A DNA stretch of 59,478 nt. It comes from a virus (lineage: Duplodnaviria; Caudoviricetes). Below the pieces are notes generated by a model, which was not told the DNA's origin, did no database searches, and saw only the letters and a list, made by a program, of their open reading frames with translations. This document shows, piece after piece, positions 8,140 through 18,870 of the stretch. Location: positions 1-59,478 of the IMG/VR virus record IMGVR_UViG_3300045935_000034; one strand, 5' to 3'. A program made the translations under genes and the position numbers. How positions within the stretch are numbered: the first letter of the stretch is position 1; the number at the start of each line of letters is the position of its first letter.

Positions 8140-9471
8140 ATGCCAACGCTGGAATCAGTCACGACTGAGATCAAGGACTTTCTCGGCAAGGCTCGCGACA
8201 TCGCGGACAAGGCTGAGACAGAGAACCGCGACTTCACCGACGCCGAGCGCGCCGAGATCACCGATCTCATGAAGAAGGCCGCCACTGGCAAGAAAAGCCT
8301 TGACCAGATCAAGGCCGACGCGGCAACGCGCAACGCCATCACAGACCTGGGCAACTCGATCGGCGAATACGAGCCGACCGCGACCAAGTCGACCAAGTCG
8401 GGCCTGATCGTCAACGACGGGCGCAAGTCCATCGGCGATATGTTCGTCGGCTCGCAGGGTTACACCGGCCTCGTAGCGGGCGCACCCAATGGACAGTTCG
8501 GCGAAAAAATGAGGATCCAGGGTCAGCCGACTGGATTCACGAACCTGCTGCCCGACCTGCACCGCAAGAGCCTGATCACTGGGTCGAACCCTGCGAGCGC
8601 GGGCAACATGGTGTATTCCGACCGACTCGGAATGCTCGGCGGGCTCGGCCCGTTCGAGCGCCCTCTGGTGCTGCGCCAGGTCGTCACCCCGGGCACCACC
8701 ACCAGCGACACGATCGAATACGCCAAGGTCGTCTCTGTCACGAACAACGCCGCTCCGGTCCCGGAAGCGACGACCGATGCAGCAGTCAGCGCGACGAGCC
8801 CGATCGTCACCGCCGCCCAGGCGGGCGTGAAGCCGCAGTCGGGTTTCACCACGGTGCGTCAGACCGCCGTAGTCAAGACGATTGCCCACTGGATCCCGGT
8901 GACTAAGCGGGCGCTCGCCGACGCCGCGCAGGTCAAGACCCTGATTGACAGCTTCCTGCAGTATGGCTTGGAAGAGGAACTGGAAGACCAGATGGTGTCC
9001 GGCGACGGCACCGGGGAGAACTTCACCGGTCTCGCGCACACCTCCGGTATGCAGCTCCAGGCGTGGGACACCGACGCGCTGACCACTTCGCGCAAGGCCA
9101 AGACGCTCGTCCGCTTGGTCGGCCGCTCGGTACCGAACGCGTTCGTCCTCAATCCCTACGATGTCCAGACCATCGACCTGCTCAAAGATGCGATGGCGCG
9201 CTACTACTTCGGCGGCCCGGCCACGTCCGGTGATGTGCAGACCCTCTGGGGCCTGCCGGTTGTCGAGTCACTCGCTGTCCCGATCGGTACCGGCTATGTC
9301 GGCGACTGGACGAAAGCGATCCTCTGGGACCGTCAGCAGGCCGCGGTGACCGTGACCGATTCGCACGAGGACTTCTTTGTGCGCAACCTGGTTGCTGTTC
9401 TCGCCGAGCTGCGCGCAGCGTTCGGCATCATCCAGCCGAATGCGTTCGTCCAGATCGACCTGACCGCATAA
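8140..9471 (+). CDS. Major capsid protein (HK97 fold)
   Basis: Coiled-coil delta domain; TIAHWIPVTKRALAD, GDGTG, LWGLPVV, FVRNLVAVLAELR. Confidence 0.96.
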   Translation: MPTLESVTTEIKDFLGKARDIADKAETENRDFTDAERAEITDLMKKAATGKKSLDQIKADAATRNAITDLGNSIGEYEPTATKSTKSGLIVNDGRKSIGDMFVGSQGYTGLVAGAPNGQFGEKMRIQGQPTGFTNLLPDLHRKSLITGSNPASAGNMVYSDRLGMLGGLGPFERPLVLRQVVTPGTTTSDTIEYAKVVSVTNNAAPVPEATTDAAVSATSPIVTAAQAGVKPQSGFTTVRQTAVVKTIAHWIPVTKRALADAAQVKTLIDSFLQYGLEEELEDQMVSGDGTGENFTGLAHTSGMQLQAWDTDALTTSRKAKTLVRLVGRSVPNAFVLNPYDVQTIDLLKDAMARYYFGGPATSGDVQTLWGLPVVESLAVPIGTGYVGDWTKAILWDRQQAAVTVTDSHEDFFVRNLVAVLAELRAAFGIIQPNAFVQIDLTA

Positions 9472-9483
9472 GCGCTCGACTCC

Positions 9484-9867
9484 ATGGTGATCAGGAGCGG
9501 CGACCGAATGCACGGCCGCCCCGGGCGGTGCCCTGTCTGCCACACGATGAACGCCACGTGTGGCAGCGGGGCACCGCTCGACCTGGCCGCTGTGGACATA
9601 CCCGATCGACGGGAGAGTTTCGTGGGAACACTTGCAACCTATGACGTCGAGCTGCATGGCCAGCGCGCCCGGCTACGTCTCGACGAGCGCGACGCCCGCG
9701 CCCTGGGCGTATATGTCGACGAGGTCGCCCAGTCTGAGCCTCTACGGCTCACTGAAAACGAGCCCGGCGACGAGCAGGCAGAGCAGAAGGCGAGCACGCC
9801 GCCGCCGAACAAATCACGACGCGCCCGCAATAAGGCCGCCTACGATTCGCGCAGCAGCAACGCATGA
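9484..9867 (+). CDS. Hypothetical head-associated protein (alternative start GTG 9622)
   Basis: Between capsid and adaptor; C-terminal PPNKSRRARNK. Confidence 0.6.
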   Translation: MVIRSGDRMHGRPGRCPVCHTMNATCGSGAPLDLAAVDIPDRRESFVGTLATYDVELHGQRARLRLDERDARALGVYVDEVAQSEPLRLTENEPGDEQAEQKASTPPPNKSRRARNKAAYDSRSSNA

Positions 9868-10418
9868 GCGCGCTCGCGACGTTCGATGATCTCCGCGTGC
9901 TCTCTCGCGCAGCGTGGTCAGACGACGACGACGAGCGCGCAGCAGCTCTGCTGGGCGTGGCCTCAACAGTGGTACGCGACTACTGCGGCTGGCAGATCAG
10001 CGCTGTGACAGATCAGACCGTGATGCTCGACGGGCCCGGCGGACACCTGCTGTCCCTGCCGTGCATGAACGTCTCGGCTGTCAGCGCAGTACAGGTCATG
10101 ATCGGTGACGGGCTCGTTGCCGTCGTCGACTACATCCCGTCCGTCAGCTCGGGAATGCTGCGGCGGCGGCGCGGCTGGCCCTCAGAGTTCTCGTCGATCG
10201 AGGTCACGTACTCGGGCGGGTATGACCCCGTCCCTGATGTTGTCGTTGCTGTGGTGTGCGCTATCGCAGACCGCGCGCAGACACTCCCCGTAGGCGTGTC
10301 ACAGGAAGCGACGGGGTTGATCAGCCGCACCTATACCGGAACCGACACGGGGCCAGTGTCGCTCAACAAAGCCGAGCGTGACGTACTCGGACCCTACCGG
10401 ATGTCGCGGGAAAGCTGA
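9864..10418 (+). CDS. Head-to-tail adaptor
   Basis: ALATFDDL..VRDYCGW..VTYSGGY..P; synteny. Confidence 0.85.
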   Translation: MSALATFDDLRVLSRAAWSDDDDERAAALLGVASTVVRDYCGWQISAVTDQTVMLDGPGGHLLSLPCMNVSAVSAVQVMIGDGLVAVVDYIPSVSSGMLRRRRGWPSEFSSIEVTYSGGYDPVPDVVVAVVCAIADRAQTLPVGVSQEATGLISRTYTGTDTGPVSLNKAERDVLGPYRMSRES

Positions 10419-10425
10419 GGTCGTC

Positions 10426-10758
10426 GTGATTCCGTTCGGCGTGCAGACGGTGACCTTGATCCGGCGCGTACTCGGCGTACCCGACGCGTACGGCAACGAC
10501 GTGTATCACGATGTGCGGGAAGCGTTGCGCCACTGCCAGGTCCAGCCGAACACCCTCACCAAAGAGGCGCTCAACGGCCGCGACCAGGTAGAAGATCGAA
10601 TGATCCTGCACGCCCCGCCAACCGCGCGATTCGAGTCCGTCGACGCTGTCGACGTCGCCGGGGTTCGCTATGAGGTGCACGGGCAACCGAAACCCTGGCC
10701 CGACTGGTCAGGCGGCGTCCACCATATCGAGGTCGTCCTACAGCGGATCGAGGGCTGA
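10426..10758 (+). CDS. Head-to-tail stopper
   Basis: DAYGN..YEVHGQP..W..L.RIEG; synteny. Confidence 0.82.
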   Translation: MIPFGVQTVTLIRRVLGVPDAYGNDVYHDVREALRHCQVQPNTLTKEALNGRDQVEDRMILHAPPTARFESVDAVDVAGVRYEVHGQPKPWPDWSGGVHHIEVVLQRIEG

Positions 10759-10761
10759 GCG

Positions 10762-11133
10762 ATGACAGAGTTCACGCTCGACCCGAATATCGTCGGCGAG
10801 ATTCTGAAGAACAACTCGCAAGTACGCGACGAGTTGGGCAGCATAATCAAAAAAGGGCTCCAGGCTGCGCAGGAAATGGCCCCAGTCGGCGACATCAGCG
10901 AGTCAGCCTATGACGATGGTAGCCGTCACCCGGGCGACTACCGCGACGGTCTTCAGGGCCGGGTGGTCGTGCAGCGGTCCCGCATGATCGGTCAGGTTGT
11001 CTCGACTGATTTCAAGTCGTGGTGGATCGAGTTCGGAACAGTGAACATGAGCAAGCAACGCGTACTCGGCCGCACGATGGACTCACTGACAACTGACGGC
11101 GATACCAGGTCTGTCCTCATGGCGGGTGACTAA
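10762..11133 (+). CDS. HK97 gp10-like neck protein
   Basis: APV..G.YR..WIEFGT..RVLGR. Confidence 0.8.
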   Translation: MTEFTLDPNIVGEILKNNSQVRDELGSIIKKGLQAAQEMAPVGDISESAYDDGSRHPGDYRDGLQGRVVVQRSRMIGQVVSTDFKSWWIEFGTVNMSKQRVLGRTMDSLTTDGDTRSVLMAGD

Positions 11134-11528
11134 TGCCTGCGCCACTGCTGCGATTCGCTGACGTCGAAGCCGCACTAGTCGGGGCGCTGGGCAATGTGAG
11201 CGGCGTGCGACGCGTCGTCACGCTGCTGCCCGCAGCGCTCGTCGGCGTACTCCCTTTGCTGAGGGTGCAACGGTTCGGCGGCCACGACAACCGAGTAACC
11301 GACACCGCGAACGTCGACATTGAGACCCTGGCCGGCACGTACGGTCAGGCAAGCGCGCTCGCGAACCTCGTGCATACGACAGTGCTCGCGCTCGCTCACA
11401 CACCGTTACAGGGAACCATGTTCGACACAGTCGAGACTATCTCGCATCCGATATGGGTCGACTATGAGAACCCGAATGTGTCGCGTTTTGTTGCGACATA
11501 CGAGATAGCGGCCCGCGTGCTCGCCTGA
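11133..11528 (+). CDS. Tail terminator
   Basis: VQRFGG..D...RFVATY; synteny. Confidence 0.82.
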   Translation: MPAPLLRFADVEAALVGALGNVSGVRRVVTLLPAALVGVLPLLRVQRFGGHDNRVTDTANVDIETLAGTYGQASALANLVHTTVLALAHTPLQGTMFDTVETISHPIWVDYENPNVSRFVATYEIAARVLA

Positions 11529-11618
11529 CGCTTGCCGATTCACACCCTAAACGCAGACCCGCCACCGGCCCCGCCTGCGGGGATTTCCGTTATCCGCTAT
11601 CACTGAGGAGACCCCGCG

Positions 11619-12281
11619 ATGGCAAGCGCCACATGGGATACGTTGTTCGACGGCCGTACTGACCTCATTCGGAAGATGCTTTTCGGTTCGGTCCTGATCA
11701 AGGATTACGACCCGGCTGTATCGCTCGCGACGTTCTCCCCGTTCGACTCCACCACCGGTGGCCTGTCGAGCACGCTCGTCTCAGGCCACGGCCTGGCTGA
11801 CATGGGCTACCTGGACGAGAACGGCGTGAAGTTCGCGCCGACTACTGCGACGGCCGACACGCTCGCGTGGCAGTCACGCCTTCCGCTGCGGACCGACTTC
11901 ACCTCGTCGACCGAGAAGGCCAGCGCGGTCTTCCTCCAGTCGAGCCCTGTCGTGGAAGCTGTGTTCCACAACAAGGTCATTCCGCTGACGGACACTCTCG
12001 GGCAAGAAGCCTATGAGATCACCGACGATCTGACCCCGGCCATCATCTACCGGTCGGTGTTGTTCCTCGGCGTCGACGGCTCCGGCGCGGATGTGCAGTA
12101 CGCCTGGAAGCTTTACCCGAAAGCTCTCATGACCAAGCCGTCCGAACAGGACTGGCAGGCGAAAAAGGAAGTTCAGTACGGAATGGAATTCACTCCGTAT
12201 CCGGACCCCGTCGCCGGGTTCGCAGTCACTCGTGGCCGTGAAGGCCCAGGATGGCGTTCGCTGGCCCCGGTCACCCCATAA
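11619..12281 (+). CDS. Major tail protein
   Basis: MGYLDENG, AWQSR.P.R, FTPYPD; GAGGAG RBS. Confidence 0.88.
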   Translation: MASATWDTLFDGRTDLIRKMLFGSVLIKDYDPAVSLATFSPFDSTTGGLSSTLVSGHGLADMGYLDENGVKFAPTTATADTLAWQSRLPLRTDFTSSTEKASAVFLQSSPVVEAVFHNKVIPLTDTLGQEAYEITDDLTPAIIYRSVLFLGVDGSGADVQYAWKLYPKALMTKPSEQDWQAKKEVQYGMEFTPYPDPVAGFAVTRGREGPGWRSLAPVTP

Positions 12282-12390
12282 GGCCCGGGTGGGGGCGCGT
12301 ATCCCACGGCGGGTCTGTACGCGCCCCTGCTCGGCTACACATCTTTGCCAGACCCGCCGAAGATCCGCCGACGATAAGGAAAGACTTCCC

Positions 12391-12741
12391 ATGTCAGACA
12401 TTGACCTTGACGCCATTCTCGCGCAGCGAGCCGAAGCGACCGGCGAGGTAGATACCGTGCCGTTCGCCTTCGCCGGGGAAACCTGGCGCATCAAGCATCC
12501 GTTGCTCGCTGACGACGAATGGAAGGACGAACTCGAAGACGTCGACAACGCCGACGGCATCGGCATCGCGCAGCACTATATGGGCGAGGAACAGTACGCC
12601 CGTTTCGTCGCAGCCGGAGGCAGGTCCGGTTTCGTCGTGCTGATCATCCGCGAAGTCGGCAAGGAGATGACCGACCTGACCGGGGATGACAAGCGCCCTA
12701 CACGATCCTCGACATCCTCGCGCAAGCGCCGGAAGCGGTAG
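12391..12741 (+). CDS. Tail assembly chaperone (gpG-like)
   Basis: Follows the major tail gene; AAGGA RBS; ends RPTRSSTSSRKRRKR. Confidence 0.82.
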   Translation: MSDIDLDAILAQRAEATGEVDTVPFAFAGETWRIKHPLLADDEWKDELEDVDNADGIGIAQHYMGEEQYARFVAAGGRSGFVVLIIREVGKEMTDLTGDDKRPTRSSTSSRKRRKR

Positions 12742-13085
12742 AGGCTGACCTCGCGCGGTACTACCCGCGCGGGGCTGACCAGCTCGCCGCGTACTGGCGG
12801 GGCGAGATGTCCTTGCGCCGCTTGCGGGTTCTGGTGCAGCACCTACCGGCTGACTCGGCGAGCGCCTGCATGTTGCGCGGGAACTCGTGGACAGACAAGG
12901 AATACTTGCTAGCCCTGCTGGTCGATCATCTGGCCCTGTCTCGATACGAATTCGCGAAGGCCAACGGCGGGTCACCCGACGAGCCGCAGCCCGTACACCG
13001 CCCCGGCGACGAGGCACCCGAGGACAGGCGCGAACTGTTGCGCGCTGCCCACGATTCCGTGATGGCTCAAATCAAAGGGGCGTGA
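12690..13085 (+). CDS. Tail assembly chaperone frameshifted segment (gpT-like, -1 frame)
   Basis: -1 frame open from 12690: QAPYTILD..EADLARYY..LVQHLP..; overlaps the end of the first chaperone ORF. Confidence 0.7.
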   Translation, partial: QAPYTILDILAQAPEAVEADLARYYPRGADQLAAYWRGEMSLRRLRVLVQHLPADSASACMLRGNSWTDKEYLLALLVDHLALSRYEFAKANGGSPDEPQPVHRPGDEAPEDRRELLRAAHDSVMAQIKGA

Positions 13086-13091
13086 TCCGCG

Positions 13092-16000
13092 GTGGCCTCA
13101 GTCGGCGTGCTGACACTCGACATCATGCCGAGTGTTAAGGATTTCAGCGGCGATATCCAGTCGCAGATCATCGGCCCCGCAACTCAGGCGGGAGTGCGCG
13201 CCGGAGAAGGCATCTCCTCCGGCATCCTCAGGGGTGCCACAGAAGGCTCAACCGGCGCGGGTCGCGCTATCACTTCGTCGATTACCGAGTCGGGCACACG
13301 GGCCGGTTCCGAAGCTGGGAAGGTTCTTCAGACTCAGCTCGGCGCGGCAGGTGCCCGTGCTGGTCGTGAAGCCGGTACGGGTATCACTGAAGGCGTGGTG
13401 TCGGCCACGTCCCGCGCGGGCAGCGACGCTGGGCGCACACTGTCATCCAGCGTCGCGAGCGGAGGCAGGACCGGCGGGAAAGAAGCTGGGGACGCTATCG
13501 GCAGCGCGGTCGGCGACGGCGCGAAAGAGGGTGGCTCCCGAGCGAAAACCCATCTGGCTGACGGAATCCACGAAGGAGCCAAGCAGGGGACCGCGCGGTC
13601 CAAAGAGTCGATGATGTCCGGGTTCGAGGGAATCGCCAAGGGCATGGCTGCGATGTGGGCAGGCAGCAAGGCGTTCGATTTCTTCAGTGAGTCCGTGCAG
13701 GCTGCGAAGGACTACAACTCGACGAACCGGACCGTTCAAGCGACATTGCAGAATGTCGGCGCTGGCGCAGGGGTCACGACCGAGTCCTTCAAGAAACTTT
13801 CCGAAGCCAACGCCGATCTCTCGGGCGCGGGCGACACCGCACAGCTCAGTATGCAGCAAACGTTGCTGGGCTTCACAAACATCAAGAACTCCGCCTCCGA
13901 CAAAATCTTCGACAAGACCGCGCTCGCGGTCAACGACCTGTCAGCCGGCATGGGAATCGAGCTGCCCCAAGCGGCGACGACCCTCGGCAAGGCGATGGAC
14001 AACCCAGCGCAGGCGGCAACTTCGCTGCGTAAAGCGCACATCGACTTGTCGGCCGCGCAGCAGCAGTCCATTAAGGACATGGTCAAGAACGGTGACACCG
14101 CTGGGGCTCAGAAGGTAATCCTTCAGGCTGTGGAGGACCGGTACAACGGGGTGGCCGCTGCGTCAGCCACGACCGGCGCGCGCAACTCCGTTGCCATGGA
14201 GCGGATGAAGACCGACGTCGGCGAGAAGCTCTTGCCTGCCATGGGCAAGTGGACCAAGTTCATGCAGAGCGAGGTTATCCCGAAACTTACTGCGGTGATT
14301 GGGTTCCTCGGTGATCACGCGACTGAGGTCGGCACGTTGATCGGGGTCCTCGGCGGGCTCTATGTGGCGTACAAAGTGTATACCGCCGGTGTCGCGATCA
14401 TGACCGGTATTCAGACAATCTGCACCACCGTCACGGAACTGCAGGAAAAAGGCTTCGGCAAGCTGAATAGCACAATGAGAGCTAACGTCATCGTGACTAT
14501 TGTGCTGCTGATCGCTGCGCTGATTCTCGCGCTGATCTACGCGTACAATCATTGCGAGACATTCCGGAATATTGTGGACAAAGTCTGGGATGTCATCAAA
14601 AAGGTCGGCGCATTTATTGGCGACATTTTCGTGGCTATCTGGAACGCTCTCGTTGACGCGTTTCATAAAGTTGTTGAGGCGGGAAAGACTGTCGGCGAGA
14701 AGCTGTCCGGCGTCATGCACGTCATCGCGGACGCGGCCTCGTGGATGTGGGACAACGTTCTCAAGCCCGTGTGGGACAAGCTCGTTGCCGCGTTCGATTG
14801 GGTTGTCGGCGCAGCAACCGATTTCGGCAAGGGCGTGGCGAAGGGTTTCAATGTCATCAAAGACGCGGCCGTGTGGTGGTGGGACCACGTACTGCATCCG
14901 ATCTTCGATGCCTACGCTATCGCCGTCGCGGTCCTGATTGCCATCGTGTGGGTCGTGTTCGTCAAGCCGATGATCTGGCTCTTCAAGGATGTACTCGCGC
15001 CGGTATTCGTGTGGCTGTGGGAGCACGTGATCAAGCCCGTTTTCGACAAGATCGGCGACATTTTTAACTGGATCTGGAACGCGATTATTTTCATTGTCGT
15101 CGGCCTGATCAAAAAAGAAATCGAGATCCTGTTCGGCGTATTCAACTTCCTGTGGGAGAACGTCGTAAAGCCGGTGTTCAATAAGATCGGCGACATTTTT
15201 AACTGGATCTGGAACGCGATTATCTTTGTCGTCGTGGGTCTGATTAAGAAAGAAATTCAGATTCTATGCGACATCTTTAACTGGCTCTGGGATAATGTCG
15301 TCAGGCCGGTATTCAGCAAGATCGGCGATATCTTCACCTGGATTCATGACACGATTATCAGGCCAATCGTTGACAAGATAAAAGAATCTATCGACGGCTG
15401 GGGCAAGATTTTCCACTGGTTGTACGACAATGTAATCAAGCCTGTTTTTGACAAGATCGGCGAAGCGGCTAACTGGTTCTGGGACCACGTCATTCACCCG
15501 GTGTTCGACTTCATCAGCGGAAAGGTGCACGACGTCGGTCAAGCCTTCAGCGACATGGGCGACACGATCGGCGGCATCTGGGACGGGCTCAAGAAAATGG
15601 TGCACGACGGCATCCAGGCCGTCGTGAACTTGGTGTGGAACAACGGTTTGCGGCCCGTGGTCAATGCCGTACTGAAGTGGATCCCGGGCATGGACGAGCT
15701 GCCCCGCTTCGATGTCCCGCAGTTCGCGGGCGGCGGCGTGCTGTCCGGATATGCCCCCGGGCGCGACACCGTGCACGCACTGCTCTCGCCCGGCGAGGCA
15801 GTGCTCGTGCCCGAGCTGGTCCGCATGATCGGGCCCGCCGCAATTCTCGCAGCCAACGCCGACGCAGCACGTCACCGTTACCACGGTGGCGGGCTCGTCG
15901 GTCACTTCGCTGACGGCGGGATCGTCAGTGGCGCAACAGGTCCCGCCGCGAACGCATCGGGTGCACCGATGGCCGGCACAGCCGCCGGATCGGCGGCCGA

Positions 16001-17945
16001 TCTCGACGCGACGACCAAGGCAGCAACGAGCGCCGACGCTGCCATTCAGAAGCTCGCGGCCAGCATCACAGGGACACTCACGCCCGCCGAAGCTGCGCTC
16101 AGCGCGCTGATCCTGGCGCAGGTGGTGCCCACCCTCATGCTCGCTGAGCTGCACGTGGGAACTGTTCTACCCCAGCAGAATGCAGCGCTGGTCACATCGA
16201 CCGTCGCGAGCTGGATGACAATCACCGCGACGATCACCGCCAACGACAACGCAGTCACCGCGCGACAGAACGCACTCGCGCAGTTCCTCGCCGCCTCGTG
16301 GGCGGGCATCACTGCCGTGGTGAGCGCATCGACGACCGCGCAGCTCACCGCGTTCGGCGGGCTCGGCAACGGCCTGTCGGGACTGCGTGACGCTGTCGGC
16401 CTCACCGCGACATGGGTACACGACCGGTTCGCCGACATGCAGGCAACGGCGTCCGCGCCGATTCGCTGGATTCTGCAGAACCCGTTCAACGCCGGATTGA
16501 TCGCAGCCTGGAACAGTCTGGACTCAAGTTTCGCGCTGGGTAAGCATCTCGCGCCCGTAGCGATCCCGTTCGCGACTGGTGGCGAAGTCCCCGGAATCGG
16601 CAACACAGACACAGTCCGCGCGCTGCTGACCCCGGGCGAATACGTGCTGCCGAAACCTGTCGTGGACAAGTGGGGGCTCGACAACGTCCGCGCTGCGCAC
16701 GAGGCCGCGCTCGTCCCCGGAGACTGGAGCGGCGTCGAGGGAATGATTCTCGGGTTCGCAGACGGTGGCGTAGTTCCCGCGACAGGCAGCGCGCAGAGTG
16801 CTGCCCTGGCACGAGGTATCGCCTACGCGCAGTCCATGACCGGCAAGCCCTACGTCTGGGGTGGCAGCTCCACAGCGGGCACAGACTGCTCGGGTTACAT
16901 GGGGTCTATCGCCCGCGTGCTGCTGGGCTTGCCTCCGTTCCCGCGCGAGTGGGCGACTGGCGCGGTATCGGCCAGCACGCCACCGCCGCATTTCGTTCCG
17001 GGCATTGACGGGACGTTCGCGATCGGCGTCAATCCTGGGTCGCATACGGCAGGCACGCTCGCCGGAGTCAACGTGGAGTCCGGCGGTGTGCACAACAACG
17101 TGCAGTACGGCGGCAACTCTGCTGGAGCTGACGCGAGCCAGTTCCCGCTGAAATTCCATCTCCCCGAACTGGGCGGGTCCTTTGTGTCCGGTGGCGGGGG
17201 CAGCGGCTTCGACCCGTCCGCGGTCGCTACTACCGCGTTCGCCGACACCTACAAAATGATCGGTCAGATCACCGGCCTGTTCGGCGCGTCGATGATGGCC
17301 AGTCAGGGCCAGGGCGTCGCCACTGCTGGGGCCGACGCCGCGAAGTCTGCGGCCATATCGAAGATCACGGCACTGGTCGCGGACACCAGCGCGGGCAGTG
17401 CCAGCTCGGCAGGCTCGGCTGACCTTGTCGCTACTGTGCGCGGCATCGCGGCGGGCTACGGCTGGAACAACGGCGCAGAATGGGACGCGATCGACTACAT
17501 CGTGTCGCACGAGTCGAGCTGGGACCCGACCAATCAGAACAAAGTCTCCACCGCGTACGGACTGTTCCAGTTCCTTGACGGGACATGGGGCGGTACCGGC
17601 GTCGCCAAGACCAGCAATCCCACGCAACAGGCTATCGCCGGTATGCGTTACATCCACGACCGCTATACCGACCCGCTGGGCGCGAAAGCGTTCTGGGATG
17701 CCCACCACTCCTACGACAGCGGCGGCATCGTGCCCGAAGGGAACACGCTGGTAACAAACAGCTCCCGTCGCCCTGAGGCTCTGCTCAACGGTCAGCAGTG
17801 GGACGACATTCACGCGCTCGCCCTGGCGCGCGGGCGCAGCGGCGACGCGCCCAACGTGACCGTGAACGCTCGCACTGACGCCAGTCCAGAGCACATCGCT
17901 GCCGTGGTCGCTCGTCGGCTACAGCTCGCACTGAGAGTGGGATAG
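13092..17945 (+). CDS. Tape measure protein with NlpC/P60-like and lytic transglycosylase domains
   Basis: 1617 aa; Trp-periodic repeats; GKPYVWGG..DCSG; IVSHESSW..AYGLFQFL..YIHDRY. Confidence 0.95.
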   Translation: MASVGVLTLDIMPSVKDFSGDIQSQIIGPATQAGVRAGEGISSGILRGATEGSTGAGRAITSSITESGTRAGSEAGKVLQTQLGAAGARAGREAGTGITEGVVSATSRAGSDAGRTLSSSVASGGRTGGKEAGDAIGSAVGDGAKEGGSRAKTHLADGIHEGAKQGTARSKESMMSGFEGIAKGMAAMWAGSKAFDFFSESVQAAKDYNSTNRTVQATLQNVGAGAGVTTESFKKLSEANADLSGAGDTAQLSMQQTLLGFTNIKNSASDKIFDKTALAVNDLSAGMGIELPQAATTLGKAMDNPAQAATSLRKAHIDLSAAQQQSIKDMVKNGDTAGAQKVILQAVEDRYNGVAAASATTGARNSVAMERMKTDVGEKLLPAMGKWTKFMQSEVIPKLTAVIGFLGDHATEVGTLIGVLGGLYVAYKVYTAGVAIMTGIQTICTTVTELQEKGFGKLNSTMRANVIVTIVLLIAALILALIYAYNHCETFRNIVDKVWDVIKKVGAFIGDIFVAIWNALVDAFHKVVEAGKTVGEKLSGVMHVIADAASWMWDNVLKPVWDKLVAAFDWVVGAATDFGKGVAKGFNVIKDAAVWWWDHVLHPIFDAYAIAVAVLIAIVWVVFVKPMIWLFKDVLAPVFVWLWEHVIKPVFDKIGDIFNWIWNAIIFIVVGLIKKEIEILFGVFNFLWENVVKPVFNKIGDIFNWIWNAIIFVVVGLIKKEIQILCDIFNWLWDNVVRPVFSKIGDIFTWIHDTIIRPIVDKIKESIDGWGKIFHWLYDNVIKPVFDKIGEAANWFWDHVIHPVFDFISGKVHDVGQAFSDMGDTIGGIWDGLKKMVHDGIQAVVNLVWNNGLRPVVNAVLKWIPGMDELPRFDVPQFAGGGVLSGYAPGRDTVHALLSPGEAVLVPELVRMIGPAAILAANADAARHRYHGGGLVGHFADGGIVSGATGPAANASGAPMAGTAAGSAADLDATTKAATSADAAIQKLAASITGTLTPAEAALSALILAQVVPTLMLAELHVGTVLPQQNAALVTSTVASWMTITATITANDNAVTARQNALAQFLAASWAGITAVVSASTTAQLTAFGGLGNGLSGLRDAVGLTATWVHDRFADMQATASAPIRWILQNPFNAGLIAAWNSLDSSFALGKHLAPVAIPFATGGEVPGIGNTDTVRALLTPGEYVLPKPVVDKWGLDNVRAAHEAALVPGDWSGVEGMILGFADGGVVPATGSAQSAALARGIAYAQSMTGKPYVWGGSSTAGTDCSGYMGSIARVLLGLPPFPREWATGAVSASTPPPHFVPGIDGTFAIGVNPGSHTAGTLAGVNVESGGVHNNVQYGGNSAGADASQFPLKFHLPELGGSFVSGGGGSGFDPSAVATTAFADTYKMIGQITGLFGASMMASQGQGVATAGADAAKSAAISKITALVADTSAGSASSAGSADLVATVRGIAAGYGWNNGAEWDAIDYIVSHESSWDPTNQNKVSTAYGLFQFLDGTWGGTGVAKTSNPTQQAIAGMRYIHDRYTDPLGAKAFWDAHHSYDSGGIVPEGNTLVTNSSRRPEALLNGQQWDDIHALALARGRSGDAPNVTVNARTDASPEHIAAVVARRLQLALRVG

Positions 17946-17949
17946 CCCG

Positions 17950-18870
17950 GTGTATGGCGCGAACACATGGCAGCTCGACTGGCTCACGCTCGACCCGACA
18001 CCCGACAAGCGCGACGCAGACGGCGTCCAGTGGTTCGCAACGAAAGTCGAAGGCTTCTGGGGCGCACCGAAATCCGATGTGGCGTTCACCCCGAAGGTTG
18101 CCCGCGCGGGAGTGTTCCGCGTGCCCGGCTGGAAGCGTGAGCGCATCATCACTGTGACAGCTCGCGCGTACGCCCCGACTGACGCTCTGCTGCGTCGAGC
18201 CGAGGCGCTCGTGTCGGGCCTGCTCTCCGGCGACGACGTCGAGTATCCGCTGATCTGTCAGTCCGATATCGGGCCACTGGTGTGCAGCGTGGTCCTGGAT
18301 GGCGACATCACCACGACACCGCTGACGACTGTGTCCGAACCCGGGTTCGAGTTCGCTGTGCAGGTCGCAGCGCCCGACCCGCGCAAATACACCGTTGCTT
18401 GGCAAGTCATGCAAACACGCCTGCCGTGGCCCGCCGCTGTGTCAGGGCTCGACTTTGTCAGCCCGGGTGGCATCGACTTTGAGACGACGGGCGGTATCCA
18501 CTTCGGGCTCGCGGCGTCGTCGGGCCTGATGTCGATGGCAAACCAGGGCACTGCGCCCGCGTTCCCCACGTTCGTGCTGACCGGCCCGCTGGTCACGCCG
18601 ACGATCACTACTCTCGGTGGAACGTTGACATATAACGCAACCCTCGGCGTCGGCGAGTCGATCACCATCGATACGTCAGTGCCGTCGGTGCTGGCCGGCA
18701 CGAGCTCGTCTCGTCGACATTTGGTGCACCCAGCCAATTTCGAGGCGTTTCTCATTCCAGCCGCGACCCCTGACGGTGAGCCCGGCGTACGCACTGTCGG
18801 TCTCAGCCACCTTGGCGCGGAGACCGCAGCCGGATACGTGACCGCCGAGTTTCGCTCTGCGTGGTTCTGA
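17950..18870 (+). CDS. Distal tail (Dit-like) protein
   Basis: VAAPDPRKY, NQGTAPAFP, ends RSAWF; follows tape measure. Confidence 0.85.
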   Translation: MYGANTWQLDWLTLDPTPDKRDADGVQWFATKVEGFWGAPKSDVAFTPKVARAGVFRVPGWKRERIITVTARAYAPTDALLRRAEALVSGLLSGDDVEYPLICQSDIGPLVCSVVLDGDITTTPLTTVSEPGFEFAVQVAAPDPRKYTVAWQVMQTRLPWPAAVSGLDFVSPGGIDFETTGGIHFGLAASSGLMSMANQGTAPAFPTFVLTGPLVTPTITTLGGTLTYNATLGVGESITIDTSVPSVLAGTSSSRRHLVHPANFEAFLIPAATPDGEPGVRTVGLSHLGAETAAGYVTAEFRSAWF

